This document shows, one piece after another, positions 25,036-40,200 of a DNA stretch of 64,000 bases; the first letter of the stretch is position 1; each line of letters opens with the position of its first letter. The notes under the pieces are model-generated. The model searched no databases. It was not told where the DNA came from and saw only the letters and a program-made list of their open reading frames with translations. The DNA is taken from the NCBI GenBank assembly GCA_002269645.1, contig NIVC01003946.1, positions 1-64,000 on the forward strand. The letters run 5' to 3'. The position numbers and the translations under genes are program-made. The stretch comes from Macrostomum lignano (lineage: Eukaryota).

Positions 25036-26102
25036 TTACCTACTGACTCCGCTCGTGCACAGCTCAAACTATATATATACTCAATGGCTCTTCAGCAAAA
25101 AAATCGTTTTTGAAAGTGTGGCCTTTCTAACAAAACTGTTTCTTGATTTTTTATTTATCGGCGAAAAAAGCCCCGCCACCGACAAGAAAATCGAAATTCG
25201 GAAAGAGGAAAGAAAATAATGCCGATTCTTAATGGAATTGGCGGGGTCGAATTTCTGCGACTAAGTGGCACACGGATGGAGATGGAGGTGGGTATTAACT
25301 TACAGATGCCATCGCCAAAAGGTAGAGAGAGAGTTGAGACCAGATTCAGCAGGAGTCAAGGAGAGAACAATCTAGATTTATATATGTAAGAGTGACCGGC
25401 AGATGGTCGCGTGATGCTCAAGAAAAAAAACGAAAAATCCTTTCAAAAAATTTCTATAACCCTGCGCAGAAAAAATTATATTTAAACCCGAAAAGGGATT
25501 AATTTCTCTTATAGTTTAGAAGAAGAAGAAATCTTTTCAAATGCTTCTGTCCAATTTCTCTTTTGCTCGGGTAGGCAGGCAGCCTGAACAAACTAAGTTG
25601 ATACTTAGCACTCTCCAGGAGCCAACCGGGCGTGACACTGGGGAGCAGGGCGTCCCCCCCCCTGAGGCGCCGTGGTCTGCAGCTTGTCACACTCCAGAAA
25701 GCACCATCAATACGGGCAAAGATTAAAATTGTGTCAAACGTAATCACCGTCATGGACTCCGGGGTTGGCCGAATCCGCGATGCAGCCAGATGCCATTCTG
25801 CGACTCTCAAGTGGACTTCTTCGGCAAGGTGAGGAAGATTATGGAGCTCGGCAGAGGCAAAGTGAGAGAAAGTGGATAATCAAGTTATTTAAGAGCTAAT
25901 TCCACTGCGCAGGCTTCTCACACTTTCGCTCGATTAATTATCTGGTTGGTTGAGTTGGCGTGATATTTTTCTAAATTAGACATTACAAGAAGAAAAACAA
26001 CTTTGCGGGGATCTTCACTTATAGGCTTAATTTGCCTGCCAGTTCCTTCTTCGAGCTTGAAATTTGAGTTCATTGTCCCTGAGTTCACCCATCTCTTTCC
26101 GT

Positions 26103-26485
26103 CTCCTCTACTTCTGCCCCTCTACTTCCACCCCCTCTACTTCCGCCCCCTCTACTTCCACCCCCTCTACTTCCGCCCCTCTACTTCCACCCCCTCTACT
26201 TCCGCCCCTCTACTTCCACCCCCTCTACTTCCGCCCCTCTACTTGCACCCCTCTACTTCCGCCCCGTATACTTCCACCCCCTCTACTTCCGCCCCTCTAC
26301 TTCCACCCCTCTACTTCCGCCCCTCTACTTCCACCCCCTCTACTTCCGCCCCTCTACTTGCACCCCCTCTACTTCCGCCCCTCTACTTCCACCCCCTCTA
26401 CTTCCACGCCCTCTACTACTTCCACCCCCTCTACTTCCACCCCCTCTACTTCCACCCCTCTACTTCCACCCTCTACTTCCATCCC
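26103..26485. repeat. Pyrimidine-rich (CCCCTCTACTTCCR)-type minisatellite
   Basis: Direct reading. Confidence 0.9.
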
Positions 26486-27014
26486 TCCGCTAACAAGCAG
26501 TCAATCTTTTCCCAACAGACAAGCCCATAAACTATATTTTATTGCAAAAACATTTGCCTTTAATCCTTCTGTGACAGTAAAGGAGACTTTTCTGTATATT
26601 AAATGAATGCCAAGTTGCAGCAGCAGCATCGGTGGGCAATTTAGACGTGAATAAATCTTCCAATTCAATGCCCCAGATCAATTCCGCATGGCAATGCGCT
26701 GATTAAAGCAGAAGACAAACAGGAGCGGAGAACAGAAAAAAACAGCTCCATCTCTACTCAACAAGGACTCAAAGCGGATCAAAAATCAAACAAATAGAAA
26801 GTTTCTCAATTCTGTGCGTGAGAGGACGGTCTTGAATTCTTTCTGTGCTCCGCTCGGGTCGATGCGGATGCCAGCGGATCAAGGACGCCTTTTGAACGCA
26901 GAGTCTGGGGTTGCCAGATCTGGTTCACAAATCTAATTTTCTATGCCCAAGCTGAGGCAGGCATGCACAAGAGTTTTCTGAGACAGAGTATATTTTACTA
27001 AAGCCGACAAGTTG

Positions 27015-27445
27015 GCGCCAGCACCAGAGGCGCCAGCACCAGAGGCGCCAGCACCAGAGGCGCCAGCACCAGAGGCGCCAGCACCAGAGGCGCCAGCACC
27101 AGAGGCGCCAGCACCAGAGGCGCCAGCACCAGAGGCGCCAGCACCAGAGGCGCCAGCACCAGAGGCGCCAGCACCAGAGGCGCCAGCACCAGAGGCGCCA
27201 GCACCAGAGGCGCCAGCACCAGAGGCGCCAGCACCAGAGGCGCCAGCACCAGAGGCGCCAGCACCAGAGGCGCCAGCACCAGAGGCGCCAGCACCAGAGG
27301 CGCCAGCACCAGAGGCGCCAGCACCAGAGGCGCCAGCACCAGAGGCGCCAGCACCAGAGGCGCCAGCACCAGAGGCGCCAGCACCAGAGGCGCCAGCACC
27401 AGAGGCGCCAGCACCAGAGGCGTTAGCATCAGAGGCGCCAGAAGC
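27015..27445. repeat. Near-perfect 15-bp array (GCGCCAGCACCAGAG)n
   Basis: Direct reading; open as (APAPE)n on + and (APLVL)n on -. Confidence 0.95.
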
Positions 27446-28097
27446 CTAAGCCAGAGGATTCCGGCAGCAATTCCAGATCCTAGTCCCAGATCTCCTTGAG
27501 CGAGGCTGCTGATGATGTGGGAGAGGGGGACCCTAGGCGCTGGCCATATTGCTTGTGAGCCATCAATTTTTGCCAATCCCAGAATTCAAACATGTTGCCC
27601 GTCTGTCCCCCCGCGCCGCTCTGCCTGTCTTCTGTCTTTGAATTTAAATTAAAACTGCACGGTTGAAGCGTCAAAGCGGATCAAAGCCCAGGATCCGTGA
27701 TTGATCTCTGGGCCGTCCATCCTTCCCCTCCATCCCTTCCCCTCCCCTGCCAACCAGCTGGGCTATCCAAATTTTCTGGAGAGATGCTGAATTCGATGAA
27801 TAAATAAAATCGAGTTATTTGCCAATTGATCTGGCCAGAATTTTTGGTGATCGATTCTTGGAAACTTGGCGAGTCTTTCCACTCCATCTTTTTGGGTCTG
27901 CTCGCGAATTCTTGCCTGATGAACTGGGTGGAAATCTCTTCCATTGGCTGGATTGAATGGTTATAGATAAGATGCAAATTAGATATCAGATTTAGAGCTT
28001 TTGTTTCTAGATATTGCGGCTGTGAAGAATCTATGAAAACGAACTTTGCATCCAATAGAACTATAAAAAGATTTTGATTTGTTAAAGAGTGCCTCGT

Positions 28098-28109
28098 AGC
28101 TAGTTAGTC

Positions 28110-28142
<33 letters not shown>

Positions 28143-28143
28143 A

Positions 28144-28200
<57 letters not shown>

Positions 28201-28201
28201 C

Positions 28202-28272
<71 letters not shown>

Positions 28273-28273
28273 C

Positions 28274-28304
<31 letters not shown>

Positions 28305-28305
28305 C

Positions 28306-28360
<55 letters not shown>

Positions 28361-28361
28361 C

Positions 28362-28398
<37 letters not shown>

Positions 28399-28425
28399 CT
28401 GAGTTAGCTAGTTAGCTAGCTAGTT
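28098..28425. repeat. (TTAG)n microsatellite
   Basis: Direct reading. Confidence 0.95.
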
Positions 28426-28994
28426 AGGTGGTTTAGAGTAGGTACATAAGTAGAGGGTAGGCGAGCCCACTCCAGACTAAACTGGTCAAACAGACGGTAT
28501 TATCCAATAACTACAGCAGCCAAACAAATGTCTTAAATCCAAAAGCATTACTCCTTGAGTATATAATTGAGTATATAATACTTTCATAACGAGATAGCAG
28601 TGAAGTGCTTCAATAGATGGTTTCGTTAAGCAGATTGCCATGAGGTTTTTATAGACTGTTTACGTGCTTCGCCAAATGCTTCTGATAAGCAGCTGTCTAC
28701 CTGCAGGTTGCTACACTGTTAGAGCTTTGGCACCGAGTGCTGCAGCAAGATACACCCCAACCCCCATCTGCTGCTGCTCCACACTTACTTGCCTGGCAAA
28801 TTAAAAGCAATCATAACTATATAGAAAATTCTTATTTGTGTATGGAAGTAGCTCGTATTTATGCAGATTTGTGCTGCGCTTAAGGAGGTCTAAAACAAGA
28901 ATTTGGAGCGTGAGGACTTCACCTGGCATTTTCAGCAACCGTCTACGCTGTCATGAAGGCTTCAAAAATAATGAGCTGATGAAGGACCCTCACC

Positions 28995-29630
28995 TTGGCT
29001 CTGAGACTCTCATATTGGCTCTGAGACTCTCATCTTGGCTCTGAGACTCTCATCTTGGCACTGAGACTCTCTCTCATCTTGGCTCTGAGACTCTCATCTT
29101 GGCTCTGAGACTCTCATATTGGCTCTGAGACTCTCATATTGGCTCTGAGACTCTCATCTTGGCTCTGAGACTCTCATATTGGCTCTGAGACTCTCACCTT
29201 GGCACTGAGACTCTCACCTTGGCACTGAGACTCTCTCTCATTTTGGCTCTGAGACTCTCATCTTGGCTCTGAGACTCTTATCTTGGCTCTGAGACTCTCA
29301 TCTTGGCACTGAGACTCTCATCTTGGCTCTGCAACTCTCATATTGGCTCTGAGACTCTCATATTGGCTCTGAGACTCTCATATTGGCTCTGAGACTCTCA
29401 TCTTGGCTCTGAGACTCTCATATTGGCTCTGAGACTCTCACCTTGGCACTGAGACTCTCACCTTGGCACTGAGACTCTCTCTCATTTTGGCTCTGAGACT
29501 CTCATCTTGGCTCTGAGACTCTCATATTGGCTCTGAGACTCTCATCTTGGCTCTGAGACTCTCACCTTGGCACTGAGACTCTCACCTTGGCACTGAGACT
29601 CTCATCTTGGCTGAGACTCTCATCTTGGCT
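28995..29630. repeat. 20-bp minisatellite (GGCTCTGAGACTCTCATCTT)n
   Basis: Direct reading. Confidence 0.93.
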
Positions 29631-30467
29631 GTATTTTCATCAAACACAAGAGCAAATTTAAGTCTAATCCAGATTTTAGTTAAAAAAAGAATGGGTCTCC
29701 ATGAACTACAGCTATTAAAAATTGGTCAAACAAGAGAAAGATGAGGGTAAAGTGAGGAGCGGGCAGCTGCCAGACATGAGATGAGGCAAAGCATCATAAA
29801 TGGTTATGAAGAGATTTTTGCAATTTTCTGTCTCATGCTGCAAGCCCAGAGCCTCACCGCAGACGGGTCCCCAGCAGCACAACCCCCACCTTATAAATGA
29901 GAGACTGACAGGCCACTCATTTTCGACACCTATCAATGCTTCATCGTCATTATTTCAATGTGGAATTACACAGATATAAAAAACTGTCTACCTGTGTGGG
30001 TCAGAGTGAATTGAAGAATGAAAAGACAGAAAGCAGATTGCAGTAGCAGGCAAAACTGAATTGAAACATAAATTATAAGAATTGCTGTGGCCAAGAAGAA
30101 CAGCATGATTTATTGTTGGACTCAGTAAACACTGGAAAAATACAAATATATATTTTTTCTGACCATTTTTTTCAGTTTGACTTTTATGAGAAAAAAAGCG
30201 TTGGGCAGCTCAACCATGTGAGTTTTTGCTCAGTTTTTTATCCGTGCAGCTGCTGAGCGGCTGTTGGCAATTCCGGGGTTATTTGGGACTTAATTTATGG
30301 ATATTGTCAGTTGGTGGTCAGCCTGCTCGATTGGCATATTTTGCTTCGAGAGCTGCCACGCGACCAGCCATGTAACCTGGGCTTGGGACTTCTCTCTTTG
30401 CATCAAGGAGGCCTTCAACTGGAGTCCACCTGGAGTAACCGGGGTTTCCTTGAAGCTCTAGTTAATA

Positions 30468-32352
<1,885 letters not shown>

Positions 32353-32739
32353 TACAAGACATGAGGGTTGGAGTTGGCACTCCAGAATCTACATCAAGTG
32401 GCTGACTTTCTCTCTCTAAGTTTATGATCTCAATTTAACATTTTTATAACGATCGCTGCATCCTTTTGAGGATATGACAGACACGGGTTTCATTTCATTG
32501 ATGAAATTCCTCGCTGCGCTGGTCACCTGTGCTGCGCCGTGCGCCACTCTTTTCCATACATTGATTCATCCCCTGAGGGGGCTGGCGTGCCGCGAGAGCT
32601 CTCTGACTTTCGCGTCGCTTGACTGGCGCAGAGTCCCACGGCAATGCAGTGTAGGAAAAAGATGGCGACCCCCAAATGAAGGCTAAGACAGGATTAAGTC
32701 TAAATACTTCGGGTGTGTCATAAGTAATGTCACTGCAGG

Positions 32740-33790
32740 CCTCTGTCTAAAATATGTAGGCACATGGACTTGTGGGTAGTGTAGCTGCAAAGTATACTTA
32801 GTGAAGCAATAGCAGTGCATTTTAGACGTGCATAGGTTGTTTATGGCCCAAGCTATCGCAAGAATACGCCAAGCAGATTTAGCAAGTGCAACGCGATGAA
32901 AAATCATCTATGCAGCGAAAAAAAAACACCATGAATCTCGACATGACGCCTGCACCAAGCAGATCCGCAAGGTGTTTAGCAGCCAGGGCTTGAATGACAT
33001 CCTAAACTGCCTGGTTGCTGAGGATGAAAGCTGGCTCTACCTGGATGGCAAGGGCAGCAAGGCAGATAATCGCTAAGATGGGAGCTGGGGACTCCAGGCC
33101 GATGGTGACCAGGAAGTCCATCTCGGACAAGAAGACCATGCTGCTGGTAGCCTTCACGCCAAAAAAACGAGTCTCCATCTGCACAACTCCACCGAACACC
33201 AAGGTCGATGGCCAGTACTTTATCGACTTTGTCCGGCACACTGGAGACCTCTGGCGCACTCTCCGGTCAAATCCATGTCACCTGGACGAGGTTCTGTGGC
33301 ATATGGACACCGCACGGATGCACACCTGAAGGCTGTTTCGAATTTTCTGCCTGCATGGCGAGTGAATCTGCTCTGACAGTCCCTACAGCCCGGACTTCAA
33401 CTTTTGCAAGAGATTCCTGCTCAAATGGCTGAAGGCTGACTTTTCCAAGAAGAGTTTCGCAAACCATGAAGAGGTCAAACAGGCTGCGTTGCACTGGTTT
33501 TGGCAGTTGGAGGAAAAACACCTGCAGGCTGAGGTGGACAAGCTGTATGAGCACTGCCAGAGGGTGATTGATATTGGGGGACTCTATGTTGTTGAGTGGT
33601 ACAGTTTTGTTCATCTGCGATTGCAAGTTCGTCTGTTTTCACATCAGTGACATTACTTATGACACACCCGAAGTAACAAAAGCCCTTAATCACTGACTGA
33701 CCAATCATCCCCTGAAGCAAGCAAGTGAGGATTTTTCACCCGACAGCGCAGTCCAGGTCGGCACACTTATTTAAACTCACCCACTAGTTG
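32740..33790 (+). mobile_element. Decayed mariner-family transposase remnant
   Basis: LVAEDESW (cf. IVTGDESW), KKTMLLVAF, LWHMDTARMHT (cf. DNARPH), YSPDF (cf. PYSPDL) and FANHEEVKQA...KLYEHCQRVIDIGGLYV. Interrupted by stops and frameshifts. Boundaries approximate; no matching TIR pair found. Confidence 0.72.
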
Positions 33791-34012
33791 CCATCACAAC
33801 TTCAAATCCCCAGATTATATTTTCTCCTATCTAAGAAATCTCCCAGCGCCGTGGGAGGTGTTGAAATTCGTTTTCTCACTTCTGTTGTGGCGGCCCCGGA
33901 CTAATTCTAATCGATATTTTTTGGTTGCCGAGTTGGTGGGTGTCCCTGTTCGCACGACTCAACCAGGGACCTTTCTAAAAATAGCACAAGTGGACTGGAA
34001 ACCACATACCAA

Positions 34013-34153
34013 CATACAAGCGCGTCAGGACTGTACTCAGGCACAGCACTCGTACACTCGCTCACACAGGCTGAACATCGGCACTGACTTTCTAATCGTC
34101 AGGCATGTGTACACTCTCTCTGAGCATTGGGGGGTTGGCTGTGAATTGCACGA
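34013..34153 (-). mobile_element. Diverged internal fragment of the SINE family at 6872-7246
   Basis: Colinear shared words CATACAAGCGCG, CTCACACAGG, ATCGT(C/T)AGGCATGT, GTACACT, TTGGGGGTTGGCT, AATTGCACGA. No head, tail or TSD. Confidence 0.65.
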
Positions 34154-34789
34154 CAAATCCCCATCAAAGAGACTGGAAGTGCTTCTAATCCAGCTTCCAG
34201 TCCACATATAGGCTAATTTTAGGGAGTCCTTGGCTCATCCAACCATCCATCAAGCCACTGCGCAATCACGCCCGTCCAGCCCTCCAGCAGTGAGAATTAA
34301 CCGTACAGCTTATAGCATTGACACTCCTCCTACCGAGTTTTATCGCCTCTCCCTTCCCACCCAGAGCGAGAAAACAATGGCTTGTGTAGCTTTTAAATCC
34401 GTTTATATTCTCTTCGCGGATTCGAATCCCGAGTTGATAATTGCTTGAGTTGCTGGGTGGGAGTTAGCGGCAGAGGGCGGCAGTTATGGTGTGAGGCAGC
34501 TCGCAGTGGGATGGCAGGCCCCCCCGCCCCGCCTGTGGCTGTGTTGCCACCCTCCTCCTCTGCGCCGCTACGGCTTAGCAAGGACTCGTTAGATAATTTT
34601 TTAGCATTAGATAAGAGATGGATAGAATGGAAGCTGTCCATTCAGAAGTTTTTAAATGGATTTCGGCCATTCTAAAAGTGGGGGTTGGTTGCACTCTCAG
34701 TCACTGGGGCTGCCGACTCCATCGCATCCGCGTGCCTTCTCTGCTCACATCCACACTTTTATCCATCAGCTCTCCTGTCTCATCTCTTG

Positions 34790-36595
34790 TCTCTCCTCTC
34801 CTTTCCTCTCCTCTCCTCTCCTCTCCTCTCCTCTCCTCTCCTCTCCTCTCCTCTCCTCTCCTCTGCTCTCCTCTCCTCTCCTCTCCTCTCCTCTCCTCTC
34901 CTCTCCTCTCCTCTCCTCTCCTCTCCTCTCCTCTCCTCTTCTCTCCTCTTCTCTCCTCTCCTCTCCTCTCCTCTCCTCTCCTCTCTTCTCCTCTCCTCTC
35001 CTCTCCTCTCCTCTCCTCTCCTCTTCTCTCCTCTCCTCTTCTCTCCTCTCCTCTCCTTTCCTCTCCTTTCCTCTCCTCTCCTCTCCTCTCCTCTCCTCTT
35101 CTCTCCTCTTCTCTCCTCTCCTCTCCTCTCCTCTCCTCTCCTCTCCTCTCCTCTCCTCTCCTCTCCTCTCCTCTCCTCTCCTCTCCTCTTCTCTCCTCTC
35201 CTCTCCTCTTCTCTCCTCTCCTCTCCTTTCCTCTCCTTTCCTCTCCTCTCCTCTCCTCTCCTCTCCTCTTCTCTCCTCTTCTCTCCTCTCCTCTCCTCTC
35301 CTCTCCTCTCCTCTCCTCTTCTCTCCTATCCTCTCCTCTCCTCACCTCTCCTCTCCTCTTCTCTCATCTTCCCTCTCCATCATTTCAAAATCTATCCATT
35401 AATTATTATTCAATAACTATATCTACACATTGAAATAGGCCTGTGTCTCACTTCTCCCATCCCAATTAAATCTGCTATACAACTCACGAGCAGTGGTGTG
35501 CAAAAGCATTTGGGAAGAAAATCCAACCAGATGTTTGCACGCGTTCCCCATATTAAATGATCTCCTATATAAAGTGAAATAAAAAACTTCTCTCAGTGAG
35601 ACTAGTTATGTATAACAATGTTTGTAAAGGCTATTATGATGCTTTGAAAATATTTACCAAAGACAGTGGGATCAAGGATTGCGTCACACTGCATGGGGCC
35701 TTTATCATAATTTGGACAAAATGAAATGGCCTATACGTAAGCACAGAACACACAGGTGGACACCGCCGTATGGTTTTAACACATCAAAACACAATAGAAT
35801 AGCGCATGCATATGCGAAACACACGCAGGGTTCAACTTGTCAAACACAGCTTTTAGCTGCAGCGATTCACTTGCGTGAAATCCCCTCAGGCTGCTGTCAC
35901 AGGCTTCATAGCATGTTTGCACAGAGGTGGAATGCACCACATTCAGAAGATTAATTGAGACTTTTGAAAATGCTTTGCTTTATTAGTAATAGACTGAAGT
36001 GGTTGTCTCTGCCCTCTCCTCTCTGCTGTCTTATCTCTCGTCTTATCTCTCTCATCTTATCTCTCGTCTCTCGTCTCTCGTCTCTCGTCTCTCGTCTCTC
36101 GTCTCTCGTCTTTCGTCTTTCGTCTCTCGTCTCTCGTCTCTCGTCTCTCGTCTCTCGTCTCTCGTCTCTCGTCTCTCGTCTCTCGTCTCTCGTCTCTCGT
36201 CTCTCGTCTCTCGTCTCTCGTCTTTCGTCTTTCGTCTCTCGTATCTCGTCTCTCGTCTCTCATCTCTCGTCTTTCGTCTTTCGTCTCTCGTCTCTCGTCT
36301 CTCGTCTCTCGTCTCTCGTCTCTCGTCTCTCGTCTCTCGTCTCTCGTGTTTCGTCTCTCGTCTCTCGTCTCTCGTCTCTCATCTCTCGTCTTTCGTCTTT
36401 CGTCTCTCGTCTCTCGTCTCTCGTCTCTCATCTCTCGTCTTTCGTCTTTCGTCTCTCGTCTCTCGTCTCTCGTCTCTCATCTCTCGTGTTTCGTCTCTCG
36501 TGTTTCGTCTCTCGTTTCTCATCTCTCATCATCTCTCTCCTCTCTGCTCTCCCCTCTCTCCTCTCTCCTCTCTCGTCTTTTGTCTCTCGTCTCTC
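34790..36595. repeat. (CTCTC)n at 34790-35365 and (TCTCGTC)n at 36055-36595
   Basis: Direct reading; source of the LLSSP / RLSSLVS pseudo-ORFs. Confidence 0.95.
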
Positions 36596-37214
36596 TAGAA
36601 AACCTGAAAGCAGAAGAGTGCAGTAATCCGGTTTTCTTGTTAGAAATTTGCATATCAAATTAACACAGGCATATTTTAAGTCGCAATATTACGCCAATAA
36701 ATAATCTTTTATATGTTATTATTTCAATCGAAGTGACCTTAGATAAAATTGAATTTTAATGATTGTTAATTTCAGGCTTCAGCCTGCAGTCATTTTGGCC
36801 TATGCCGCCCAATTTCAACGCTTTTCTTTTCAACACAAATAATCACTACAGTAAAACTATTATGCATAAATTTAAGCCTGCAGATTGTAGAGAGAGAAAT
36901 GAAATTGAAAATAAATAAGTTACTTATGAATTCAATCTTGTTGTGTCGAGTCAATGGACACGCGAGATGGCATAATTTGATTGCAGCCAATTGGGCCAGT
37001 CCGAGTGGCCCGCGCTCGACTCCCATTGGCTCCTGCCCGCTGTCCCAACTCCCCTCCCCTCTCGCAACGGGGTCGGGGCTGGGATGGCGTAGCCAGCGGG
37101 TGGATTAAAAAAGCAAAAGCTAAGGCTGGAGAGACGAATCTCGCTCAGTCCCCCATCCCAAGCAGTCTCCAAGCTGTTTAACAATTTTAATATTCGCAGC
37201 ATTGCAAGTCCGCG

Positions 37215-40200
37215 ATGAGCGACATCGCACCAGCTGACTCTGAGCCGCAGCTCGCTGACCAGCAGCTGTACTCGGCGGACCGGAAATCCTCGCCAACTTC
37301 TTCTGGAAGCGGCAAAGCTGAAGCAATGCGGACAGAAATCGCTGAAGAAGGAACCAACGACATGAAAGATCCCGCAGCTGAGGAAAATGACAATGGCAAC
37401 AGTGGTGAAGAAGGCAGTGAGATCGACGGAGCTGCAGCGCTCCAGGAGCAGCAACAGCAGCAGCAACAGTTGATGTTGCAGAATCTGGCCAGCGTCATCA
37501 CCAACAGCATCACGAGCGAGCAGCTGGGCGGAGTCCAGGACTCCATGGAGATCATAAGGCAGCACATCGACTATCTGCAGTCCATGGAGCGGGTGCTTCG
37601 AGGCGAGCGGATCCGCTTGAACTGCGTCATCGCCCAGCAGCACGAGATCCTCGGCCTGGCTCCGGAAGAGGACGAGCAAGGAGATAGAGACGTAGGAGAA
37701 GAAAACGGCGAGGATGATGACATGGAGGGCGAGCAGCAGCGGAAGTCCAGTGCCGGTCAGGTGCCAATGCGAACTCAGTGCAGCCTCCTCAGAGCCGCCG
37801 CTGCAGCCGCCGCAGCCGCCGCGGCCGCCGCCTCCACTGCCGCCAGCGGCGACTCGGGAATCCAGAATTCGTCCAGCGCTGTTGGCATCGCTGCTGAAGG
37901 CAGCAGCTCGGAGCTCGAGGACAGAACGGGCTCGAAGTTGGCTGACGACTGCTTGGAATCTGGCGGTGAGTGAGGAGGGAAACTTCAGGGATAGGGATAG
38001 CCTCAGGAGCGGGTTTTAGTAAAACTTCAGGGATGGAATAGCTTCAGGGGGGGGTTCAGTAAAGTTTCAGGGACGGGTTCAGTAAAACTTCAGGTTTGAG
38101 TTCAGTAAAGCTTCAGGGATAAGTTCAGTAAAGCTTCAGGGATAGGTTCAGTAAAGAATCAGGGATAGGTTCAGTAAAGCTTCAGGGATAAGTTCAGTAA
38201 AGCTTCAGGGATAGGTTCAGTAAAGCTTCAGGGATAAGTTCAGTAAAGCTTCAGGGATAATTTCAGTAAAGCTTCAGGGATAGGTTCAGTAAAGAATCAG
38301 GGACGGGTTCACTAAAGCTTCAGGGATGGGTGGGTTCCAGTAAAGCTTCAGGGATAAGTTCAGTAAAGCTTCAGGGATAAGTTCAGTAAAGCTTCAGGGA
38401 TAGGTTCAGTAAAGCTTCAGGGATAAGTTCAGTAAAGCTTCAGGGATAAGTTCAGTAAAGCTTCAGGGATAAGTTCAGTAAAGCTTCAGGGATAGGTTCA
38501 CTAAAGCTTCAGGGATGGGTGGGTTCCAGTAAAGCTTCAGGGATAAGTTCAGTAAAGCTTCAGGGATAAGTTCAGTAAAGCTTCAGGGATAGGTTCAGTA
38601 AAGCTTCAGGGATAAGTTCAGTAAAGCTTCAGGGATAGGTTCAGTAAAGCTTCAGGGATAAGTTCAGTAAAGCTTCAGGGATAAGTTCAGTAAAGCTTCA
38701 GGGATAGGTTCAGTAAAGAATCAGGGACGGGTTCACTAAAGCTTCAGGGATGGGTGGGTTCCAGTAAAGCTTCAGGGACGGGTTCAGTGAAGCTTCAGGG
38801 ACGGGTTCAGTGAAGCTTCAGGGACGGGTTCAGTGAAGCTTCAGGGACGGGTTCAGTGAAGCTTCAGTGACGGGTTCAGTGAAGCTTCAGGGACGGGTTC
38901 AGTAAAGCTTCAGGGACGGGTTCAGTGAAGCTTCAGGGACGGGTTCAGTAAAGCTTCAGGGACGGGTTCAGCAAAGCTTCAGGGACGGGTTCAGTAAAGC
39001 TTCAGGGGCTGGTTCAGTGAAGCTTCAGGGACGGGTTCCTCAGACAGAGGAAGAGCACGCACACATAGAAGGTACACTGAACAGATTAAACTAAACACAA
39101 CAGTCCCAATGAAATCAAATCTCTGCAAGCCTAATTAGCAGAGTCCATATCGGCCATGTTATAATTATTCATGGCGGAGATTTTACTACATATCCACGCT
39201 ATCACACAGCCAACACGCACGCGCATAAATATCAACAAGATCCGGTCCTGGGGTGGGGGGGGGGGCACACATGCAGGGATTCAATGCATTATAATTGAAT
39301 TGATATTTAATACGATTTTTTTGCGTTTGCATAAACAAACCTCCAACTGTGTGTGCTGTGTTTATAATGAGAGGCCAGTGCTGAGCTGTGGTTTAAATGA
39401 TATTAACTAATTGTGAGTCGGCTTGGCACGACTTCAACAATTTATATCATGTCGAAGGTGCAGTCAGCAGTGGAAAATGACACCTGCTTCGGTGCCTCCC
39501 CCCCCTTTCTTTTAGAAGAACTCTTCTAAAAGGAGGATAGGGAGAGCTGTGATATCGGATATCTGCTGCATGCACCCTCCAGGTTTTAAAGACCAGCTTA
39601 TGACAGGGAGGAAGTCTCAGATTATGTATCTGAGCCGTTTAATTCCTGACTTAAATATACAAGCTCTATACATTAAAATATGCACGTTACAATGCTCCAT
39701 GAATGTAAACAAGTCGTGAAAACCGATTTCTCGTAGTTTAAATGTAAAAAAGCAAAATCTGCATGCTTTAAACTAGAATCTCGAGTTATAGCCTATAGCA
39801 ATATAAAATTGGTAAGAAATTGCTTTTCGAAATGAAACAATTAAATTTTATAACATGACGCATGAAAATGAAAATGCTGCAGCAGGAGTACCTGAGTAAT
39901 TAAGCAAGTGTTAAGCCGAGTTAAGACTATAAAACTTCACTTTCAGCGCGAGGCCTTCACAGTGTTTACAGCCCAGTTAAATAATTGACTCTTTCAACAT
40001 GTTGCGGAGCCGCATGGCTTCCTTACAATTGGCGCAATTTTTGCTTGTCGCAAAACTGTTTTAATTTATTAAGGATTGAAAAGCATTAATTGCTAAGTTT
40101 AAGGCTCTGCATTCGATACAAAATTATGAGTCCCCGGCTGATGCAGACCCACCCCAGCTGCATAAAATGATGAAGATTAACTTCAGAGAACACAGTTTTG

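Noticed and set aside
27681-28055. 124-aa - strand ORF
   Set aside because: No recognisable motif or splice context, and AT-rich unlike the real exons here.
33755-33790. Candidate mariner right TIR (CACACTTATTTAAACTCACCCC)
   Set aside because: No reverse-complement partner found upstream of the transposase remnant.
34618-36663. LLSSP / RLSSLVS / RRGEE ORFs
   Set aside because: Translations of (CTCTC)n and (TCTCGTC)n microsatellites.
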